DNA from: Eledone cirrhosa
Lineage: Eukaryota
DNA length: 64,000 nt
NCBI GenBank assembly: GCA_964016885.1
Contig: OZ024742.1
Span: forward strand, 347,262,001-347,326,000
Reading direction: 5' to 3'
Both the position numbers and the translations under genes were made by a program. The notes under the pieces were generated by a model, which ran no database searches, was not told where the DNA came from, and saw only the letters and a program-made list of their open reading frames with translations. Below, piece after piece: positions 37,759 through 49,975 of this stretch. Positions within the stretch are counted from its first letter, which is position 1; the number at the start of each line of letters is the position of its first letter.

Positions 37759-37868
37759 TATCACGCTGAAAACACAAGTTCTCGTCCGATCACCGAAGTT
37801 AAGCAACGTCGAGCCAAGTTAGTACTTAGATGGGTGACCGCTGGAGAAACCTAGGTGCTGTAAGCATT
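37759..37868 (+). pseudogene. 5S rRNA copy lacking about 11 5' nt (orphon/pseudogene)
   Basis: tatcacgctgaaaacac..gttctcgtccgatcaccgaagttaagcaacgtcgagcc..gttagtactt.gatgggtgaccgc..gtgctgtaagcattt matches mollusc-type 5S, with several substitutions. Confidence 0.88.
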
Positions 37869-39249
37869 TCCTTTTTCGGGTGCAAGGTGGAGTGGCTGTT
37901 CCACTCCCTCCTCATCCTCCGAGGCAATGTATTCCCCATTCTGTCAGCCGGGAACCAGAGGCGGAGGGTAATTAGTGGTGGTGGAGGATGCTCGTCCGGA
38001 CGTCACTTTCACATATGTATTGAGTACAAGCTATATATGTTTAGTTCTCTGACGGTTATATAGCTTAGCAGTTGTTACATCTCAAATATCATTAAATTAT
38101 GAATGGATTGTTACAAAATATCACAGAATTGATGTTTCATGGAATTATTTACAATATTTGTCACCGAATGATGACAGAAAATATAAGTATCTATCTTGAG
38201 AAATTTGTAGTTTGGTAATTCCACATGCTAATGCTACCGAATAAATCTGATTTAGGCACAAGGGAGAAAAGGGAAAGTCGATTAAATCGACCCCAGTGCA
38301 TTACTGGTACTTAATTTTATTGACCCCGTAAGGTTGAAAGGCAAATCTAACCTCGGCGGGATTTGAACTCAGAACGTAAAGGGCCGTAACTCCATGTCTC
38401 TAAGAATGTTGTCCGACGCTCTACCGATTCTGCCAATCCATCGCCTATTGGGGAGGGAAAATATAATGAAAGTGTGTTATACATAAATAAACAGTAATAT
38501 ACAAACTCACTCAAAACTATTAAACAGCCATTTTATTTTAATTTATACGAATTTTTTTCAGGATTTTCTCAGCCGAAGTCAAATTTCCCTTTCGTCATTC
38601 CGGGGTCAATAAAGTAAAATACCTGTTAAATACTGTGGGTCGATAAAGTAAAGTACCAGTTGAGTATTGGAGATCGATAAAATAAAGGCCAGCAATTTGG
38701 TGGGAAGGGAAAGTCGATTAAATCGACCCCAGTGTGTTACAGGTACCTTATTTTATCGACCCCGTAAGGATAAAATGCGAACCTATAACCTCGGTGGTAT
38801 TTGTCACCGACCTCGACTGTGCCAATATTAGAAAGAATTTACTACCAGTTACCATGCGGCGAATTGGCAGAGTCGTTAGAATGCCTGGTGGTATTTATTC
38901 CGGCTCTCTGAGTTCAAATCCCACCGAGTTCAGCTTTGCCTTTCATCCTTTCGATATCCATAAAAAGATACAAAGCGTAACGGGCGTAATTGTAAAGAAA
39001 AAACGAAAATTTTCAGACAATTTTGAAGGTCAGATTCGTTCAAAACAGAAAAGCACTCTGAATTGGGGTTGGTTCTTCCTCTATGTTTCTTTCTCATTTC
39101 TTCACTTATCACACTCTCTCCTTCTTTGAAAGAGATTAGCTGTGTTGAAACTTAGAGAGGACATGGGCTCTTCCAGGTTTAATATGCCTAAGACATGCCA
39201 TAAGTCATTTCGACAACCCTACGACTCCATCGACAGTTAAGAGTTCATA

Positions 39250-39600
39250 CATACTAACATGTCTTAACTTTAGGCGCTTTTACTGTCGCTGCTGCGATTC
39301 TTCGTGCCTGCTTGTACCGCAAGTGCAAGAAAGAGCCAAGCTTTGTAAGCATCTTTGACCTCTTGACTGAACCAAGGGGTCTTCCTGCCATCCGGCACCA
39401 CACAAAGCCTCTTTCGCTCCCAGCATTTAACAGTTGAAGCAGAAACTGCTGCGCTGAAAATCTCCACTGTCTCAACGTCCTCAGTTTGCTCAGGGAGTTC
39501 TCTGAATTTGGATATCATAGTAACTGTATACATGGTTCTGGCTTCCTTATCTACCAATGCTTCCCACTTTATCCTCTATGTCGCCCTGAATCTGCTAGTA
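39250..39600 (-). mobile_element. RTE-like LINE internal fragment (endonuclease-RT linker)
   Basis: IKWEAL..TPWFSQEVKDAYKAWL..YKQARR.AA..VK. Confidence 0.55.
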
Positions 39601-39841
39601 TTATATTTATAAGGTTCCTACCAATAATTAATTGATTAGATGTATGTACTTCTATTTAATCTTATATATTTGTTATATTATAATAAAGTTTTACATATTA
39701 CATTCTGCAAGATATTTCCAGTATTTTCCTTCAAGTTAGTTGACACCCCTGCTATCCCCAAGACTATATAAAATAAGTATTTCCAATAAGCATTTTCTAA
39801 AATCGATTCTATTATATATATATAATTCAAATTTATAGATC

Positions 39842-39961
<120 letters not shown>

Positions 39962-40122
39962 CATCTCATGAGCTTTTCCATTGCAAAGCAAAAAAAAATA
40001 TACATAATTGATATGTTATGATACCTTAAATTTGTATATGTATACACACAGGGTGTTCCCCAAAAATGTATACACGTTTGATTAGATGCTGTTGAAGTGT
40101 GTATATATTGGGGGGGGGGGGC

Positions 40123-40170
<48 letters not shown>

Positions 40171-40685
40171 CCTCTTTCAAATTTCTGGCCTTTTTCCAAC
40201 CTAAAATAATCAATATTTCCTCAGTTATCCAGGACCCTACTATCCTCACAAGTTACAGTAATTTTCCTCTCCTCTGTTTATCTTCTATTAAGTGATCCCT
40301 TTACAACAGTTATAGAAATCAATAAATAAAAATAAACAAATGATCGTACTTACTAAGATCGATGGATTCATTGAGTTTCCAGTGATAGTTAAGTGTGTAG
40401 GCTATCTTTCCTTTCAAAATATATATATAATTCAATGTAGAAAACTAATATAAATACAATAGAATGTAAAGCAACAGCGCTGCTCTTTGTCTAAGATTTG
40501 TTGAATGCAATTCAAAGATATTTACTGTTTGTTTCAATTCATATTTTCTCTTTTGGTGTGAGAGAGATTCCAGAGTATTCTGTAACATAAGATAATGTTC
40601 CCCCAGCAGATTAGATTTCCATAAGCCTTCGTTGATCTTCTTCCTCTGTATATTTACAACTTGAGAGAGCGTGTGCGCGAGGTAG

Positions 40686-40985
40686 GTGTGTGGCTTAATG
40701 GTTAGGGAGCTCGGTTCAAGATTGTAAAGTTGTGAGTTCGATTCCGGACCTTTCCAGTATTTTTTAATGTTGTTTTGTTATAGTGAGACACTATATTTTA
40801 TTTTATTTCAGTCCATTCAGCTGACCAAAATTAGTTATACCTGTAATCAAAACCTATCAATCTGCACTAGCAGGCAAAAATAAGTTGTACTTGTAAATCA
40901 GAGGGCCATGCTTGTCACGCTGAATCTCCCCGAGAACTTCATTAAGGGCACAGGTGTCTGTGGAATGCTCAACTACTTGTAGCGA
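40686..40985 (+). mobile_element. Old tRNA-headed SINE
   Basis: A-box tggcttaatgg, B-box gagttcgattcc and a decayed CORE-like centre. Confidence 0.6.
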
Positions 40986-42282
40986 AATCTCTTCACACAT
41001 ACTGACCCCCGAAATGACATCTGGCGGCTATTTCTTTTTATCTCGGTTGGCGTCAGGCTGGCCAGCTTGAGGTGACGTTTTTCTCTGGGTCATTCGACTC
41101 TGGTTCCTCGGAAGAGAAGCATCACTTCGACCTGCTCAAACAAGTAGCGAAATGTAGCACAACAAAAAAAAACTCCAGCCCTTTCGACAAGGGCCTGACA
41201 GCAATTCTTCCATCGGCACTTCAACCGCACAGAATCATCTGTCTCTTCATAATAGACAACACAGCTTCCTTGCTACTGAAAGCTTACTACTACCTATGCT
41301 GGTAGTATTGTCTGACTACAACATGTCACTTTTTAATCAAACATAGCATATTAAACAAATATTCTCCAGCACAACACAGATTTTTTAAAGTGCGTCATGC
41401 TGCTCTCAATGAGATTATAAAGCCTGGTCTGGACGCCGAAAACTTCCCTCCCAGTTCGAGCCAGTGGGGCTGGACCGAGGGCGCAGCAAAAGGTCAGACT
41501 AATATTTCATTCAGTAAGACAAGCTGCCAAAAGGGATAAAAACCTCGTTACCATTGGCTAGCTCCAGAGACGTCCCAAATGTCACAAGCTGAAATAAAAT
41601 GTACTTTAACTTCATGTAAAATAACGTATCACATTATTGTGACCTCTCAAGGAATTTCATTAGGTTGTGTTTCAACCAATCGACCAGAACGAAGAACAAC
41701 GCTTGCAAACAGAGAATTACAATGACTGATTATAGATATAGCAGCCCTCTCTGAAACATAGTTTTCAGATGAGGACCCACCGCAGTACCTTCTAATTTCT
41801 TACTATTTTGAGTCAGAAAACCAAAGTGAGGAGGGAAGAAACGGTGGAGTTTATTTTGCCATTAAATCAACTTTTAGTGAATAGTCTTTTAATCGAGTTA
41901 ATAAAATGTCTAGTCTCCTTAAACAAAAACAAAAGTTCAAAAATTACTTACCATAACCAGCATCGACCTACGTACGCGACTGGTACTTTATTTTTATCAA
42001 CGGAAAGTTGACATCGGTGGGATTTGAACTCAGAAGGTAAAAATACATAACTGAATGCCGCAAAGCATTCTTTCTGTCATTCTAACGATTTTGCCAATTC
42101 ACCTCAAGATCAGAAAATAATAATAATTGTTTCTACTTTTGGCACAAGGCCAGCAATTACCTATATCGACCCCCGTAAGGATGAAAGGCAAAGTTAACCT
42201 CGGCGGGATTTGAACTAAAAAGGGGCGTAACTCTATGCGACAAAGCATGGTCTTCTACCGATACTGCCAATCCCCCACCATT

Positions 42283-43351
42283 TTTGCTGCCTGTTTCACT
42301 GGCTTTCCTTCGTATTCTTGCAAATAAAAGTATTTGTTTTGTAGTAAGACGCCTTACGCCCCTCTGTCGGATAATGGACCAGGCCTAGTTGTCTCCCTCT
42401 GGTTGAGAACACTATTTAAGTAAGCAGCAGTATTACTTCCCCAGAGACAGCCCCCCCCCCCCCTGTACCACGAATCAATAGATAAGCCACAGCAGACAGC
42501 CTTTGTAATTGTAATACGTTGCCTTCATCTAAACTGATCACGTCTATATTGGTATGTTGTTTCATTTGTAATATAATAAACACATGATAGACAAAATAAA
42601 CATCACCATTATTTACATTGTTGAATAGAACTCTCGTTGTGGTTATTATCTTGTCTACACACACACACACACCCACTCACTTGTTATAATTCTATGGAGT
42701 ACCTATCCTCTTACTTACGAAAATGGTAAATAGATGAGGGACTTTCCCTCACGTCTATATTGATAAACTATCCAACTAGGATACATCATTACCACAGTTT
42801 TTATCCAATCAATTGGAAACCTTCGAATTGATTTTTATATGTATGAATAAAAGTTAAACCAAGGAAGAGAATTAAAAAACCCCAGCGTATTGTTAGGAAA
42901 GTGACACAAGTCAACTGAAAGACAGTCTTTGATTACATGATAGTACTAATAATGGTTTCTCATTCAGGTACAAGGTCTCCAATTAGGGGGAGTTGATTAA
43001 ATTGACTCCAGTGTGTTATTGATACTTTATTTTATCGATCCTGGAAGGATGAAAAGCAAAGCTAACCTCAGTGGGATTTGAACTCAGAACTGAAAGGGCT
43101 GTAACAATATGCTGTAAAACATGTTGTCTGGTGCTCTACTGATTACTGCTAATCTACTGCCCTAGTAGTAATAATTGTTTCTACTTTTGGCACAAGGCCA
43201 GCAATTATCCCAGTGTATTACTGGTACTTTATTTTATCGACCCAGTAAGGATGAAAGGCAAAGTTAACCTCGGCGGGATTTGAACTCAGACCATAAAGGA
43301 CGGTAACTCTTTGCTGCAAAGCATAGCGTCCGACCCTCTTCCGATACTGCC
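42283..43351 (-). repeat. Inverted near-identical copy of 2978-3586, interrupted by a solo LTR
   Basis: 42797-43351 is the reverse complement of 2978-3532, and 42283-42339 is the reverse complement of 3529-3586. About 4 differences were seen by eye. Confidence 0.92.
42340..42796 (+). mobile_element. Solo LTR (457 bp), probably Gypsy-type
   Basis: TGTAGTAA...TTACCACA termini and a 4-bp TSD GTTT (42336-39, 42797-800). The paralog at about 3523-3540 shows the empty site. Internal TATA-like and AATAAA motifs are present. Confidence 0.82.
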
Positions 43352-43599
43352 GAAATTAGTTGACACTATAGAAATTCGAAGGTTTAATTAGAAACAACCA
43401 CCAAGTATTAAAGTCAACATCGCATTTATATATATATATATATATATATATAATTATGTAATAAACAACACAATATAATTATTCCATTACCCAAGGATTC
43501 ACGAAGTCAGACGATAAATACTTAACACACACACACACATACACACACACACATATATATAAATATACACGGGTGTGTATGATTGTGTATAGAAGATTA

Positions 43600-43975
43600 T
43601 ATTAATAAGAGGAATTCCAACTTTGTCTGATTTACTCGTTTTATTTACAATCCTTTAAAATGTTATAATGGTTGTTATAATGAAATAGTATGGTAGAATA
43701 TTAAATGTTAAGTGTTAATTGAACAAGTACTTTCATGCTTTCGCAATCTTCAGGTTCATAATGTGTGGTGACAGTCAAGTTTGCAGAAAATTGCAAACTT
43801 GACTGTCACCACACATTATGAACCTGAAGATTGCGAAAGCATGAAAGTACTTGTTCAATTAACACTTAGTATGATAGAATATTAAATTCTATTTCATTAT
43901 AATACCATTATAAATTTTAAAGGATTGTAAATAAAACGAGTAAATCAGACAAAGTTGGAATTCCTCTTATTAATA
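43600..43975. repeat. Fold-back element (~185-bp arms, short spacer) with a hammerhead in each arm
   Basis: Near-perfect palindrome centred at about 43788. Confidence 0.9.
43819..43857 (+). ncRNA. Minimal type I hammerhead (mirror copy on - at 43720-43758)
   Basis: tgaac-CTGAAGA-t-tgc-gaaa-gca-t-GAAA-gtac-TT-gttca: perfect stem I, GAAA-capped stem II and palindromic stem III. Confidence 0.75.
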
Positions 43976-44877
43976 TATATATATATTTATATATATATAT
44001 ATATATATAGTTATATTTTTGGAGGATCATATTGTTATCTAAACTATAATAAAGGAAGGTCTGCGGGACTGCGTACGGTTTTTTTTGGGTTTTTTTATCA
44101 CGTTAGTAAAATAAGTTGGATTACTTTGAATAGTAATGAATGAATATTACATAATTTATCTACTAAATTTCGTAAACAAAAATAATTTCGTCAAAATAAA
44201 TAATTTAAAATTGACTTCTTTTCAAAGTTGCACTTCCGGTATATCGTTGCCACCACCACCACTTCAACTACCATATATATAGATAGGGAGAGTGTGTGAT
44301 GTCAACACTTCCGGTGGCGATCACTTAAATAACATACTAATTTTCTGTCACTAATTTTCTCCTAATGCAGTTTATATATAATTGTTTCTATGTTAGGCAC
44401 AAGGCCAGCAATTACCCAGTACATTACTGGTACTTTATTTTATCGACCACATAAGGATGAAAGGCAGAGTTAACCTCGGCCGGATTTGAACTTAGATCGT
44501 AAAGGGACGTAACTATGCTGGAAAGCATGTCCGACCCTCTACCGATACTGCCAATCATGGATTAGGTTACTGATTACATAAGACAGTGTAACGTAGTCTT
44601 CGCTCAATTTCTGCGTATTATATATTATCAATTACGATTTCATTTGATGTATCATATCTACATGTATATATACTTGCATATAATATCAATATACACACTA
44701 CACATGCTAGCAGAAAACCAACCGAAGGGTGGTTTTTCTGCTAGTAGTTATAATATTGCCAGAAATAATAAAACACACTGTTTCGTTTGGATTGGTTTTC
44801 ACTTCTGTATATTTTATATCCCTGTAGTTAATTTAGCTGACAATCAATGTTTATCATTGATTGACCAACCGTTAAAA

Positions 44878-44948
<71 letters not shown>

Positions 44949-44996
44949 AGAAAGTATGACACCGACGGCAGAGCTCAAGCCGTTTCGACGGCTATT

Positions 44997-45052
<56 letters not shown>

Positions 45053-45069
45053 TATATCTATATATATAG

Positions 45070-45600
45070 TCTATCAAAGTTCTTTCATCACACACCTGTG
45101 ACATCATCAGTGCTACTATTATGTTTCCTCCCATTGTATTGTACTGTCTTTTCCATCTTTATTTATTTATTTATTCTTGTCTCTATTTGCGCATGCGTTG
45201 GTGTGTGTGTGTTCGTGTCTGAGTCTGTGTGTGTTTGTATTCTATCTTTGCTCACTGGTGTGTGTTTATGTATGGTTGTTGTTATTGTACCTGTGTATAT
45301 TTATTTATATTTATCTTAGGTCACTATTGTGTTTCTGTATGGTTGTTATTGTTATTGTTATTCCATTCAGTTTTTTCTGTTCACCTTCGGTTTTCTTAGT
45401 TCTATTTCAGTTGCTTCTCTGATTTGTCTACCCGTTGAGACATTTCTATGTTTAGATATTATTTTTATTTCTATATTGTCTATATTACCATCATGTCTTT
45501 GCTGGGCGTGTTCATATAGTACCGAACAGTCTTTTTGTTCTTTTAATTCACCCCAATGTTGGTCTATTCCCTCCCCTATGCTCCGATCTGTATGGTTCAA
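45070..45600 (-). mobile_element. Penelope-like 3' fragment (GIY-YIG C-terminus, 3'UTR, hammerhead-like motif)
   Basis: T.RS..E.I.QH..SVLYEH..H..I..I..R.IREA.EI..P.VN. Minus 45072-45115 reads CTGATGA-tgtcacaggtgtgtgat-GAAA. Confidence 0.7.
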
Positions 45601-45806
45601 TCAAGGTGACGGGGCCTGGCTCTTTTTCGATATCTCGTCAGCTATGCGAGTTTTTATGTGCAAAAACATCCGTATGAATACAGACTGTGTAACCGAAACC
45701 GCACAAACGTATATAATACACACATATTTAATATGCAGTCTCGGTTACACACTATGTTTATACAGATATAACTTTATCACACACTTCGGCTGCTACCACA
45801 CTTCTC

Positions 45807-45862
<56 letters not shown>

Positions 45863-45919
45863 CAATGATATTAATAAATGGAAACTATATTTATAAAACC
45901 ATATTTATTTTATTATATA

Positions 45920-46486
45920 CTACCAGAATGGCCCGGCGTTGCTCGGGATTTGCTCTAGGGTTCTAATATATTTGATATATATTTATCCTTATCGAACCTC
46001 GCGAAATAAATACTTTTATTTATATTTTGTTATTGTGTATGCAAAAATATCTGTACACGAATATAAAATTATATATATATGTATATATTAAAATAACAGA
46101 TTAAAGTTTAAGCAAAGAATCGCTGCTTTCACCCTTAACGGGATCTTCTGAAACTAAAAAAAATCAATCTGTGAACGCAGAAGTAAATATTCCGAAAAAC
46201 GTTACACACTATATATATATATATACACACACTATATATACATATATACACACACACACCGCGTCATAATGTCGTAATGCAGACAGCAGACATACAGACA
46301 TATAAGGGCGCAACGTTATAACTATGTATCTATCTAAAAAGAGAAAGACTAAGAATTATAGAGAGAGATCGCTAAATCGCCTAATGCGGTCCCTAGGGCA
46401 TTGAAAATTTGAAATTTGGTTGGGTGGTTTTAGTGAGTTGACATACATACAGACAGACAGACATTCTCTGTTTTAGATATATAGAT
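45920..46486 (-). mobile_element. Helitron-like element or ends enclosing Penelope pLTR fragments
   Basis: Minus 5' tctatatatctaaaacagagaatgtctgtctgtctg and 3' cccgagcaacgccgggccattctggtag. Internal pieces match 20055-20105 (inverted) and 20108-20224. Confidence 0.45.
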
Positions 46487-46780
46487 ATTTCAAGGGTACC
46501 AAAATTTTGGTGCGCTCTCATCAGATAAAATACAAAAGTTGTTTTATAAATGGTGACATACCCAAGAAACCAGACCTTTCTTGGGTATGTCACCATTTAT
46601 AAAACAAATTTTGTATTTTATCTGATGAGAGCGCACCAAAATTTTGGTACTCTTGAAATATATATATAAAATAAATATGGTTTTATAAATATAGTTTCCA
46701 TTTATTAATATGTAGAGTGCTTCGAATCTGTTATAAATAAATGTGTTGAACAACCAACAATTTAAATATCTCTTTGCTTA
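46486..46780. repeat. Fold-back PLE-terminus element with hammerhead
   Basis: Arms 46486-46569 and 46577-46661. Plus 46616-46670 reads tttat-CTGATGA-gag..accaaaattttggt..ctc-t-GAAA-tata..-taaa. Downstream part matches 2100-2240 and the reverse complement of 45866-45915. Confidence 0.75.
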
Positions 46781-46939
46781 TATATATTAAATGACTCATT
46801 ATTTTATCTCATTTCTTTGTCGTTAAGTGAGATCAAATAATAATTACCTGTTATAGTGTCTTATCAAGTGCGTTGATGTTCTCTCTATCTCTTTCACTCA
46901 CTGCCTCCGTACTCTCGCTCCCCCACCTCTCACCATTAT

Positions 46940-47195
46940 ATGCAAATCGGAGTCCATGCGCCGGTCGCCCTGCAGTCCCGGCGGACAGAATAGAGAAGGC
47001 TTTTCTCCGGTGGACAGCGAGAGAGACGCGTTGTTAGAGCCATTCCAACTCGCGAGGCTCAGACCTGCGGGTAGCCAACTCTGTGCCGATGGTGGTGAAT
47101 AGGGAGGTGGTCCTAGGACCAAGTACACCACAAGTCTCCACTGCCACGGGCTCGACCGCAAACTTGTCGGAGAGCGACCGATATGACTGAAACTC
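46940..47195 (-). mobile_element. Second CRE-like RLE C-terminal fragment
   Basis: Minus frame YRSLSDKFAVEPVAVETCGVLGP..E..WL*QRVSLAVHR..A.SIL. Confidence 0.65.
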
Positions 47196-47699
47196 ACAAA
47201 GGAAATATTTTACTCGTTTATAACTTGACGATAAACAATTTTCCGTACAGCGCAGGTTTAAAAAAAAGAAAATGTCGCCGCCACCACGAAATTATATTTA
47301 GAACGGTTCGAGTAGGAGTGAACTGCACATTAAAATACTCACTGCTGCTACGATAGTCAAGCCTAGTCTTAACCCATGATAAAGCTGAGCCATATCAGCC
47401 CATGGCCGGAGTTCAATACACTACAGAAAATACATTTTAAAACCCTAGAATTTAGCCTTATTAGTAATACGGCCCTGAGTCAGTAGCGGGTTGCGGATGA
47501 GGTAGGATGGGGGATGATTAGTCTGTGCTCAGGGTTTCTGCAATATCTAAAGGGCACCCAAATTATTATTAACATATTATTATTTTTGCTAACACAATAT
47601 GCAGAGATCTCGATGAGAATTTCAGCCAGAGGCTCCATGTAAGCTTAAACCGGTACTACCCTCCAATATCTGCTAAGGTAAATATCTATCTATCTATGT

Positions 47700-49975
47700 A
47701 CCCTATGAGTTTTACAGAGGCATGCCGGACTTGTTCTCTGGCGTCCTCGAAGCCGTCTACTGAAATTGGCAGTAGAACGGGAGAATTCCCAGTTCTGCAG
47801 GCAAGGGCATAGTAACGCTGATCAGGAAAGACGAGAACAAGGGGAACGAAATTAACAACTTCAGGCCCATAACTCTGCTCAACACAGAGTTAAAGATTTT
47901 GGCCAAGGTGCTAGCGACGAGGTTGGCGCTTGTCGTCGAGAACCTGGTAGGGAAAGCACAAACATGTGCAATCCCGACCAGGTCCATACACGACAACCTC
48001 CACCTCATGCGATACATCATAGAGAGGGTGGGTAGTAAACCCGGCTTTGGTGGGGCTCTGATCAATTTGGATCAGTCTAAGGCATTCAATAGGGTCGACC
48101 ATCGATACTTGGAAGCGGTTCTCAAGGCGGCCGGTCTCGGTCCCGTTTTCAGAGGCTGGATCGAGGCGATGCACACCAGCATCTGCTCGAGGGTCAAGGT
48201 GAACGGTTACCTATCGGAGCCGTTCGCAATCCCGCGTTCCATTCGGCAGGGATGCCCTCTCTCCTCCATTCTGTATGTATTGACTCTAGAGCCACTACTG
48301 CGGTAATTGGAGCTGTTGCAGGGCATCCCTCTAGAACCGGGACTGCGCAAAGCGGCGTCTGCTTATGCCGACTACGTGACGGTAATGGTGTCGAGCACCT
48401 CGGAAATCGGGGTGATCGGCAACTTACTGAAAGAATACGAAACACTGACGAGAGCAAAACTAAACCCGGACAAGTCTGTCGGTTTGCAACTCGATACGTG
48501 GAGAGGCAAACCAATGACGTCCGACAGCGTCATTGGACGCTGGACGAACGGACCGGTGAAATTGCTCGGGGTCTGGTTCGGTCCAGACCTCCAGGTGGAG
48601 AAAAACCGGAACGAGGTCACGGCCAAGGTGTTTGCGCTTACCCAGAAGTAGGCAGAGTGCAAACTGTCCTTGAAAGGTCGAGCGGAGGTGGCGAACACTT
48701 TCATAGCATCCGTCATCTACTACCGCTTGACTACCGTGCCTTGTCCCCGTGAACACCTCGCCAAGATGGAACGCATGCTCTTCCAGTTTCTGTGGAGGAA
48801 GCAGGCTCCGCTGGTGAGGAGATTCGTCTGCTGTCAGCATCCTTCCAACGGAAGGCTGGGAATGCCGTGGTTGATGATGCGCAAACATGCGCTGAGGCTG
48901 CGGCATCTCCAGGTATTCTTCACCGACCCCCAGCCGGCGTGGGCCCCGTTTGTGAGACAGGCTTTCCCGCAGCTCGTCTCGCTGACGGAGCTGCAGTCCT
49001 GGGTCAGGAAAAGACCGAAAACGATGGGTGCCTGGCACATTGAATGCGCTCAGGCGCTCACAGTCCCCTGGCAAGCGGGCACAGCAATCAGTGGAGACTC
49101 CACTTCGACATTCTATAGAGGGATTGTACGTTACAAGGGCGACGACATGCTCGGAGAGACTCTGGGCGTCGAAGACGATGAGCTCACCAGTCTGTTTGCT
49201 AGAACTTTCCGCCCGGGACCTATGGACAACTTCCAGAGGTCCCTGGCCTGGCAGTGCTAGCGAGGAGCTCTACCAGTTCGTGACAAGATCTACAGGCACG
49301 GACGCTCCGGCAGGGATGCTTCCAAGAGGACGTGTCCAAGATGCGCGCAGGACATTGAAACCGTCCTGCACGCAATTGTACACTTCCTGGGCGTAACCGA
49401 CCTGTGGAACTATGCGGAACTGCTGTAGTGTATGGGACAGATCCAGTTGACTGCCGAGTCCATAGTAAGGATCAAACCGCCAACTTCTTTCAAAAACGAA
49501 AGAGAGGCGGTTTTCCTCTGTATAGTGGCTATGGTGAAAGAGGTGAAAGAGGACTGAGGACAGATGCCTTTCTCTCCGGACAACAACTCATTCCCTTCTT
49601 TAGATACTACTTTAGAAGGAGAATCAGAATGGAGAGAGAGGCACTGCACCCCAGTAAATTTACTGAAAGGTGGGTGAATGTGGAAAAAATGGCCCGAGTG
49701 ATTGGGCCTTCTCTATATATAAACCCGTAGGTTGAAGGAGTGAGCAAAAGGAAGAAAGGAGATCTTGCACAACACGCTCCTGAAGTTGAGGGTTGTTCTA
49801 TCGACGGGGTATTAAACAACCCATTTGTGGCGCCTCCCCCCCCCCTATTGGGGATTTCGATTGTTATAATTGTTTGTTTTATATTTTTTTTACACGATTG
49901 TATGTAAAATCCCCGGCATGTCTTTGTTTTGTCCCCTTTTCTTGTGCGCTCGTGTGGCTAATAAAGAAATATATC
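47700..49975 (+). mobile_element. Tx1/L1-clade LINE, 5'-truncated, with several in-frame stops
   Basis: FRPITLLNTELKILAKVLA, LDQSKAFNRV, RQGCPLS, AYADY, C-terminal CPRC..ET..H; GC-rich body; AATAAA near 49960. Confidence 0.88.

Noticed and set aside
40440-40660. Open minus-strand stretch of about 70 codons
   Set aside because: No motif recognised and no clear splice sites.
48194-49074. Overlapping alternative-frame ORFs (106-204 aa)
   Set aside because: They are shadow ORFs of the GC-rich Tx1 LINE.
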